Positions 55,069 to 64,000 of a stretch of DNA of 64,000 nt are shown piece by piece (position 1 is the stretch's first letter; every line of letters starts with the position of its first letter). The notes beneath the pieces are model-generated. The model ran no database searches and was not told the origin of the DNA. It was given only the letters and a program-made list of their open reading frames with translations. This stretch comes from Caecitellus pseudoparvulus (Eukaryota; Protista; Bigyra: Bicosoecida): NCBI GenBank assembly GCA_965644315.1, contig CBFFRQ010000076.1:1-64000 (forward strand), in the 5' to 3' direction. Both the position numbers and the translations under genes were made by a program.

Positions 55069-58000
55069 ATGGGCAGGCGCCGTGGCAACCGGCGCCGCAA
55101 GGGTGGTGCCAAGGCAGCAGCAGGCGCTGGCGCGGAGGCCGAGAGAGCCCAGCAGGGCGAAGCCACTGGGCCTCCCAATGTGCGCCCAGCTGGCTCCCTC
55201 GTGGCCATCGGCATGTACAAGCGGCTGGTGGACAGCCTCGCCGCCTCGCTGCCCCCGGTGCCAGCGTTGGTGGACGAGTGGTACTTGCCCCTGGACGGGA
55301 AGGAGCTCGACCCAGCAGTGTCGGAGGCTGCCTGTAACATTGTGTCGCGGCACTACAAGCCGACGGCGTTTCCGTGGAAACCTGTGCGTGCCGGCGCGGG
55401 TTGGAGGGCGTGTCGCGGAAATTGAACACTCTTGCCCTGCTGTTTGCAGATTCTGGACGCCTGCTCCCGGGAACTCAAGGAGGAGCAGCGGTCAGCCGAT
55501 GCCTTCAAAGCAGTTCTCATTCAGTTGTACGCCGCAAAGTGCATCCACGTCTGCGACGGCGTGACGTTCAAGCTGCAAAAGGGGCAGCTGGTGCCTCAGG
55601 CGCCGTTCGACGCAGAACTGGCCATTTCCATGCTGAAGAACATCCAGGCTGTGGCGTGGCGTGCCGTGCAGGGGCACCTGATATACTTCTCTTCCCCAGT
55701 GTCGGGTTTGAAGCGGTGTCCCCAAGCCAAGGCCGCCATCGCTGTGGCAGCCTCTCGCTCGTGCCTGGAGTCCAACTTCGCTGCGCCATACATGCCTGTC
55801 AGCGCGGAGCCCGACGATGACAGGTACCACGACCTGAACCCCGAGATGAACACTGCCGAAACCATCATGGTGGAGATACTGTCCTCTGCTGACTCGGCAC
55901 GTGTGCTGCTGACGATGTGTGCCCAAATCGAGGCGCGGCTGGAGGGCCGCCTGCCGCTGAAGATTGGCAACATCGCGGAAGCCCACACCAAGGGGCTCGT
56001 GGGCATGTTCGAGACGCTGCCGCAGCACACGGAGCTCGTGAACATCTTGAGCGAGACGGGGCCGGGCCTGCTGGCGGACACCATCGTCGCGGAACACGCG
56101 GCGGCCAACGTCCTGTCTAGCTGCAGCCGCATCGCGCGGTGCCTGGAGCGCATGTGCATGACCATGACCCGCCTGGGGTCCGACCTCACCCTCATTGCCG
56201 TGCAGGACGCCCTGCCGGAGGGGCCTGCCAAGGCTATGCGGAAGCTCGCCGAGGCGGGGAAGGTGGCGGGGCAGCTCCGGGAGGATGTAAACACGCGGCT
56301 GGAGGAGTGGCTGCTCCTCAACGCAGCCCAGGAGCACAACATGCGCAGCGTGCAGCACATTTACAGCACAGTGTACGCTGACCCCGCCATGCAGCCGCTG
56401 CAGGGGCGCGAACCGGACACAGAGTTCGAGCGCAGGCTGGCTGAGGCAGGGCCGGGTGCGAAGTGGAAGGACTACGACGGGGCGGACCGCCCCCCTCTGG
56501 GCAAGGCCTTTGATGAGCTACAGATTGATGAGATGGAACTTCCAGGAGCACGAGAGGGCGGCGCGTCCGACGGCGCACTGCATCAAGACGACGGCGACGG
56601 CAGTGGCTCGGACTGCTCCGAGGACTCCGCCTCCATGGGGTTCTCTGCCAAGATGAAGTATTTCCGGGACAGGTACCGGCCCGAGGGGCAGCCCGAGACG
56701 TGTTTCGTCGCGCAGCTCCGCCTCAAGCCGCTGGTGGGCCCGTACGTCCGCATCCGCAACCTGGCTGACAGGGGGCCAGGCGGCGAGGGCATGCATGTTC
56801 GGGCTGAGCGCTTGCGCGGTGCCATCGCCAAGGTGTTCATCATGCAGGGCCTGGTGCATAACCTGGCACAAACGGCAGTGACGATCTACAAGGAGTACAT
56901 GCCGACGCTGCACTCGGTGGGGGCGGTGTACAAGCAGCTCATGACCTTGATGTACGACCGGGGCTTCAAGAGCTCCCTGAACATGTGGCGGCGCAGCATG
57001 TGCACGTGCATGTACACGGACATGCTCACGCCATGGATGCTGGTGGACCACTCCTGGTACATGGCGTACGACCCTGCTGTGGATGCGGTGCCAGAGGACA
57101 TCGAGGACGAGGAGGAGGCGGCGCAGTTCGAGCCCAGCATCGCGGCTGCCGTGAAGGACCGGGAGGCCCTGGATGCCGTGCCCTACCGGGTGGATGACTC
57201 GCCCCTCCTGCCTTCCCTGCGTGCCATGGAGTCCGTCACGGCGGCAGTTGCGGCACAGAGCAAGCCTGCGCCTCCGTCCTCGCCCAAGCCACTTGACGCG
57301 GAGACGCTGGCGGTGGCAGAGGGTGACCCTGCCGCCCAGGCGCGCATGCAGGACCTGTGGGGCGCCCTGCAGGCCGTTGCACCGCCCGACGTCATGTCTG
57401 CCTGCAAGGACATTTTGAACGGACAGGGCGCGGGGGCAGGGCTGCCTCTGCAGCAGCGCCTGGGCATGCTGTCAGCCGCCCTCACGGCACACCAGCCGCT
57501 GCAGGACAAAGAAGAGGGCATAGACACCTCAGAGGAGGGCACACGGCCGCTGCCGTACTACTGCCAGCGCGACTCGCTGGCGGCGGCCAAGTACTCCGGG
57601 TACTGCCTGGCGCTGCTGAGCGCGGAGAACTCCCACTCTGCGAGGGAGGAGCGGATGGCCATGCGTGTCAAGGCGCTGGCGAGCCTGTGGTCGAACCTGA
57701 AAGACTGCGAGCAAGTCAAGGACGTCTTCGCTGCCTCCAAGGGCGACGCCTTCAATGCGCTGATGCAGAAATCCCGGCGGCTGCCACGGCGCATCCGGCC
57801 AGACAAACGCCAGGGCACAGGCGTTCGGTCAGTGAGCGAAGACATGGAGTACATGATGCTGCCTGGCATGCGGGGGGGGGTGTCGCTCGCGGACCAGATT
57901 GTGAACGGCTCCGAGCCCGAACGAGCCAGCATGGAGAGCATTGAGGAGAACGTGCTGCACCTGGGCCTGGACCGCCTGCTGGACCTACACCATGCCATGC

Positions 58001-60042
58001 AGACGGACTGGAGCTGCCACCTGTCCTTCCTGCGCACCTCTCTGCACGCGTTCTTGCTGGGGGCACTGTCCACAGTGCCAGTGGGGGCTGGCGTGGCCGC
58101 GCGCATCAAGCGCGACCACGACACCCTGCAGCGCGAGCTGGAGACAGCTGAGGTGGACATGTCAGACTGGGCGGCGCATGCCAACGAGGTGCTGGTGAAC
58201 TTGATCTCCATCACCGGCGGCCCCTCCCCGCTGGGGCACCGGAAGTCGTACCTGGAGCAGTTCTTGGAAGCCTGCTCGCACGTGCCCCCCGGCAGGGGGA
58301 TCAGGTCTGTCCTGGACGCCGAGTTGGAGTCCCTGGACCGCCTGCCCGCCCCCGTCGCCCTCGCCCTCCGGGCGCCCAGCGTCGTCAACCGCCGCCGCAT
58401 CGCTCTGCTCAACCACGCCCTCCGAGCCACCCGCGCACACATGCAGCTGTGCTTCGCCCGCGCCCTGAACGACAGCCACACGAAGCTGCTGAGCGGGTAC
58501 CTGGACGCCTGCCTGCTGCTGCTCAAGCTGCCCATCCTGCTCACCTCCAGGACGGTGGGGGAGGGCTCCTGCCTGGACGGGCGGGCCGCTGGCTACCTGG
58601 CTGTGGGCATCCACGACACCAAGATGGAGAACAACCCGCCCAGCCCAGGAGACGGGCCCCTTGCCTTCATGCTCAAGGGCAAGAACAAGTGGGCCCCCTG
58701 CAAGGTGGAGGAATTCGTCACTGCCCGCTTCCACCACGAAGCGCTGCGGGCGTGGTGGTGCAATGCCGTGGCTGAAGGGTATGCCAACAGCCTTGCCGCA
58801 GAGATGGCCTGGGCTGCTCCGACCCCCAAGGGCGGTGGCAAGAAAGGCAAGGGCGGCGGCAAGAAGGGTAAGGGGGGCGCCCAGCCCGCCAAGGCGGCGC
58901 CGGCTCCCGCCCCTGAGCCAGCGCCACCCACCACGGCGTATGACAGCAGCGGCTCCAGCGATGACGAGAGTGACGACAGCGGGAGTGAAAGCAGTGTTGA
59001 CGGGGAAGAGGGTGACTCGCCAGACGCAGACCAGGGCGTTTCGAGCGGTGAGCAGACGCCGCCTGAGTCAGTGGCGTCCCCTGAACCCGAGCCTGATGAC
59101 GCCCAGTGCACCCCAGAGCACTCCGCCACGCCAGCGCCGCCCGACACCCCAGACATGCACAGCGGCCTCTCCCTGCCGCAGCACGGCACGCCCATGGAGG
59201 TGGCCAGTCGCAGCTGGATGGACCAGCTGCTGGATGAAGAGGACGAGTCAGGCGACGCTGGCACAGCAGGCGGACTGGGCGCCCTGGGCGGCGGGGGCTC
59301 TGCCTTCGGGGTAAGTCTGGGCCTGGGCTCCATGTGGGACACGGAAGGGGGTGGTGGCTTCCCAGGCCTCATGCGGCAGCAGACGTCTCAAGAGGAGCCT
59401 GTGCCCGACGTGAGCACGAGCAGTTCGCAGGCTGCCCAGACGGCGGAGTTGAGCGCTAGCAGCGCGCCTGCCCTGCAGAACACTGCCAGCCTGCACCCGA
59501 GCAGCCTGGGGCAAAGGCGGATGCCAGCCACGCACAACATGCTGTCTTCCTCAGCCGCCCTGCTGCCGGCTGCCGCTGGAACGCTGGCTGCCACGCCGCA
59601 AGCTGGGTCGCTGGGGCCTGGCGTGGGCATGCCGCCGCCTGGCCTTGGGTCCAGTGAGCTGCCGTCGCAGGAACCGGGGGCAGGGGGCGGTCAGGTGGCT
59701 GCCGGCTCGGCGTGGCAGCCCCAGCCTGTACCCCTGCCCCCGCCGCACCAGTCCACATTCACGCCAAGCGTCTCGGGAGCGCAGCAGGCTCAGCCTGCGG
59801 CCGCACCCTCCCTCGGGCGCTCCGGTCGATTCGGCGTGCCGCTGCCACCCCCCCTGCCCCAGCCCACACCAACGGCCCCGCCCAGTCTACCTGCCCACCA
59901 CCGCGCAGCACTGAGCCTGTTCACAGAGGAGCAGCTCATCGTCCTGGGGAACATCGCACAGTATGCCCCTGCACACTGCAAGGGCTTCGCGGCTGCGGCG
60001 GCCATCGGCGCCGCCGCGGCTGTGGCTCACAAGGGGCATTAA
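55069..60042 (+). CDS. large hypothetical protein; intron 55384-55449
   Basis: 1536-codon ORF with strong GC3 bias; upstream exon joined by a GTGCGT..TTGCAG intron; no domain recognised. Confidence 0.7.
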
Positions 60043-60064
60043 AGGGTGCATTGCATCTGCCGCG

Positions 60065-61297
60065 TTACACGAGGCGGCCTGCCAAGAACATGATGACGGC
60101 CAGGAGCACGACCTGCCACAGCGGGAAGCCGCCCTCGTCTGCCGGCGCCACGGCTGCCTCGGCGTGGTCAGGCTTGGCCTCCACTTCGCCGGCGCGTTTC
60201 CGGATCGTGCCGTCGTCGGGCTGCGGCGAGTCACTCCCCGCCCCATCCACCTCCTTCGCGGTGAGCTGTTCACGCAGCGCCTCTGCCGCACGCCGAGCAT
60301 CTGCGAGATCCCGCTGCAGGGCAGTTGCGCCCTCTCGCTCCGCTTCCAGGTGCTGCTTCAGTCGCTCCTCGCGCTCGGAATGCACCATTGCCTGGCGCAT
60401 CAAGTCGTTGTACTGCGCCCGCAGGTCCTCCAGCTCCCCACGCACACTGAGCAGGTCTCGCTCAGTCTTGGTGGGCTGGGTGGGGGTGGGAGCACTCGCT
60501 GCCTCCACGGCCGCTGTGCCAGCCTGTGATGACACTGCAGCTGCCGCACCCGGCCCCAGGTCAGCTGACGACACGGCGGCCTGTGGGTCACGCGCCAGCT
60601 TCTCGACCATCTCCACCGGCACCTGGTAGCAGCACTTGAGCAGGGACGTCGTCAGGGTGTCCTTGCTGGCCTGGGCCCAGGCAGTGCTGAGTTTCCCGGG
60701 ACTGAGCTGCGCGCCCTCCCCTGCCGCCGCCTGCACCTCCGCCAGCAGGTCCGCTGGCAGGGACAGACGCTGCACCTGGAACATGTCGTCGAGATGCCAC
60801 TTGACGCAGCCGTCCTCTGCGCCGGCTGTGGACAGCTTGGCAGCGGCCAGCTTGCTCAGCACCTTGCGCAGCTGAGCGTCCCGCACCACAACTGCGCAAC
60901 GAAAGGAAGCCAGTGACGCGTGGCCAGAGCACGGCGCAGGGAGCTGGCAACGCACACCTGACGTGGGCATTGCTGCCACCCACGATGATGCCCTGGTGAG
61001 GCTTCACCAAGTACCGACTGGTCTTGTTCAGCTTGATCTTGAAGGCAATCTGGCAGCAAAGCATGTAGGGGGGAAACGCTGCCAGCTCTGCGCCGAGCGC
61101 AGCAACACGCAGCACCAACGCACAGCGTTCTCGCTGGGATTGGACAAGGTTAGCCATGCTTCGAACTGCACCCCATGCGTCTCGCTGACGTTCGCTGAGG
61201 CGGGGGGGCGCTCAGAGAGGTGGGAATGAGTCCACTGCGGCGCTGGTGTGGCCTGACACGCACCTTGGAAAATGATCGTGGGGTGCTCCCCTGCCAT
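60065..61297 (-). CDS. VAMP-associated protein (VAP/Scs2 family: MSP domain, coiled coil, C-terminal TM); multiple introns
   Basis: LTLSNPSENA|IAFKIKLNKTSRYLVKPHQGII MSP signature; DMFQVQ; coiled coil; tail FPLWQVVLLAVIMFLAGRLV. Confidence 0.8.
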
Positions 61298-61746
61298 GGT
61301 GCTGCTGCTCTTGGGTGATCGATTTCCTGGCCCTGATCGCACACGAACTGGAAGCAGCAGCTGCGGGGCTCAGCTCGTGCGCACACCTCGCAGCAGTGCT
61401 GGAAAAAGTGCCTCCGTGCGGAATGTGCTGCTGCAACGGCTGCTGCTCTGGCTGGCCAACGCAATCACAGCAGGTTCGAGCGCTCGCACAGAGACAATTT
61501 ATTTGCAGAAGGGGGGTGTTTTGGTGGAACTTGTTCGCTGGCGTCTGCCTTCCCCAGACGGGTGCTTGACGGCCTTCTGTCAGGCATGGTTGACTTGAGC
61601 AATCACTGGTGCTGCCGAGTGCAGAGACCAAGGCATCACAAATCAAAGCCGCACCAAGCTTGCGGGCGCAAGTGGAGGGCATCGGCTAGTTCGAAGGGGA
61701 CGTGCATTGCAATCGCCCTGCAAAGAAGGCTTTCTCCTCACGCGCC

Positions 61747-64000
61747 ATGTTCAGGCGCTTCCTTGGCGGAGCAAAAAAGCCCGCGCCGCAGGAGCTTCCG
61801 GAGCCGCCTCCCCCACCCCAGGAGGGTGCCCCAGATGCTTCCACCCCACCACCACCACCACCAACTCAGGATGAATCCCGTCCGCGCAAGAGCCTGACGG
61901 AGAACCAGTACGCTGAGCAGTGAACTGCGCAACGTGTTGAGGGGAGTTTCATGTGAAACGCAAGCTGCCACTTTCACAGGCAACGCATACGAGGCGGCTC
62001 TGTGGCACTGCTGCGACTGGCTGGGATGGAAGACAGCAGCAGTGATGACGAATGGGGCTCGGATGAGAGCCCCGTGCCTCCCAAGGCACCCAAACCGCCA
62101 CCCCCGCCAGATCGTACACAGCAAACAAGCCAAGCCACAACGAAGCAGCCGGCGCCACCCCCTCCACCTGACCAAGACACGTCCACGTTTGTGCAGGGTC
62201 CCGGAGGGCAGGCGCCTCCACCCCCCGCTCCAGTGGACCCAAAAGTTGCCAAATCCCTGGCAGGGTACGCCGCCAAGCCGGGAGCTGGCCGGGGCCGTGG
62301 ACGAGGGCGAGGAGCTGCCAAGGGCGGGGTGCCGCCAGCTCCCCGCCAACAGCCCAAACCGCCACAGAGCGCAGACAAGATCGACATTCACCCCAGCACT
62401 CTAGATGACGGCTCGCTGACCCAGGTACGGTGTGGCCACGCAGCAGAAGCTTCGCAACGCACCTCACGCTCGTCCTCCCCACTCCCCCCCAGCCCACTGC
62501 CAGCCGCCCTGTCGCCCCGCGAAGAGGGCACCGAAGCCCCGAAGCTTCCAAAGCAATGCTTGCGCGTGTGGGCGGCACCCCCTCACCCTCCCTCGGCTCG
62601 CCAGACGACACCAGCGACGGCAGCGCCACGCCACCCGCCAAACTGGACCAAACGGCAACCCTGCCAGCCCAGCCCCCTCGTAGCCACAAACCTGTGCGCA
62701 TCCTGCCTCCTCCCACTGCACCACCAAGCTCGAGTGTGGCTGAACCTGCCACCGCCAAGGCTCGTGGACCAGTGGCGCCAGTCAGTGCAGGTGGGCCTGG
62801 CACCGCCAAGGCTCGTGGACCAGTGGCGCCAGCCAGTGCAGGTGGGCCTGGCAGCGCCAAGGCTCGTGGACCAGTGGCGCCAGTCAGTGCAGGTGGGCCT
62901 GGCAGCGCCAAGGCTCGTGGACCAGTGGCGCCAGTCAGTGCAGGTGGGCCAGGCAGCGCCAAGGCTCGTGGACCAGTGGCGCCAGTCAGTGCAGGTGGGC
63001 CAGGCAGCGCCAAGGCTCGTGGACCAGTGGCGCCAGTCAGCCCCAAGCCGAAGCCGGGCCTTGCGGTTCAGGATGCAAGTCCTAGCTCATCTGCACCCCC
63101 TGGCGTTTCAACTAAAGTGCTGCCTCCGAACACGTCTAGCAGTCCGAAGAGTGCTCCAAGCCGCAGCTCCACGCCGCCTGCTGGGCGCCAACCGGATCTT
63201 GCACGGCTGAAACGCATCAAGTCGTCAAGAGCGGCACGTACGTCCCCAAAGCCCACCAAAAGCGTGCCCCGTGTTCCACCGGGAGTGGTTCCAGAAGTTG
63301 ACAGCCCCGGGAAGGTCAAGCCAAGCGCAAAGTCAGGTGCCAAATCTTCGCCAAGTCAGGCGCCGAAAGCTGCGACAGCCACGATCCAGAAAACGGCTGA
63401 CGACGAAGTTGTGACAGGGCTCTTTCGAAGGGTCGTCGATCCGGACAGTGGCAAGGTGCACTTTGTCCCTGTCGATGACTCAAATACGAACGCCACAGCC
63501 GCACATGCGACGGATGAGACTCCGATTCACACGGCAGTTGCCCGCCGAACGTGGAGACCCATGGGCAGCCACCTGTCGTCAAAGCTGCATGGTTCGCCCC
63601 CAACTGCAAGGAAAGGACTGCCTTCTGAGTCTCCAAGCAGCGGCTCCCTTGTGAAACAGAGTGCGACGCCACAGTCCAAGCCCAGCTCAGACTCTGGGCA
63701 AGCACCGCAACCTTCGCACACACCGAAAGACAGTCATGACCAAAGCATGCCGCCGCACTCCTCAGAGCAGCACGATCAATCTCGACCTTCGTCTGTGGCG
63801 GCCGTGCAAGAACACCTTGCTGGCGGGTACGCTGTGGTGCACGTCAAAGACGCACGGGCATTTGTCCCCGTTGTCCCCAAGCGGCGCAAACCTGCTGAGA
63901 AAGATGTTCAACCGAGCACACACGTCGCACCAAGCGAGCTTCCGCTTTCTCTCCCACGAACGCCAAGCTTGGCTTTGCGCCAGTCGGTTTCGTCAGGGGT
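61747..64000 (+). CDS. Pro/Ser-rich hypothetical protein, 3' partial; introns 61920-61979, 62425-62492
   Basis: Splicing links MFRRFLGG.. to QRIRGGSVALLRLAG.. and then PTASRPV.., which appears open to the window end. Confidence 0.6.
62751..63040 (+). repeat. coding minisatellite, 51-bp unit x ~5.6 (AKARGPVAPVSAGGPG[ST])
   Basis: Near-identical units starting at 62754, 62805, 62856, 62907, 62958 and 63009. Confidence 0.95.

Noticed and set aside
62751-63040. CRISPR array
   Set aside because: Head-to-tail repeats without unique spacers, in a eukaryotic coding exon, with no cas genes

Overview
GC-rich, very gene-dense eukaryotic (protist) DNA with short GT-AG introns (donors often GTGCGT/GTGAGT). 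A stramenopile origin is plausible from the eS24 C-terminus, but that is inference. Bases 1-5010 are an apparently complete PIF/Harbinger DNA transposon with imperfect 17-bp TIRs, a DDE transposase and a convergent Myb/SANT-like ORF. About 20 host genes follow: F-box/TM protein, GT32 glycosyltransferase, p25-alpha-like protein, ankyrin-kinase, ERGIC/Erv41-46, DUF1295, MCCC1, glycerol kinase, NEK kinase, selenoprotein L, AGMO, RPS24, a 4xHMG-box protein, a RAP-domain protein, a Kelch-BTB-BTB protein, Rab6, VAP and several hypotheticals. The main discovery is a selenoprotein L gene that the ORF track splits in two. It has an in-frame UGA-x-x-UGA (UxxU) motif, a type-2 SECIS with a non-canonical ACGA core, and a possible third Sec in a C-terminal CxxU. 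Other notable signals are a candidate MPP-cleaved mitochondrial tandem protein (RAP domain plus internal presequence) and a quasi-palindromic TGCAWTGCA motif recurring just after stop codons. All exon structures were read by eye and are unverified by transcripts.
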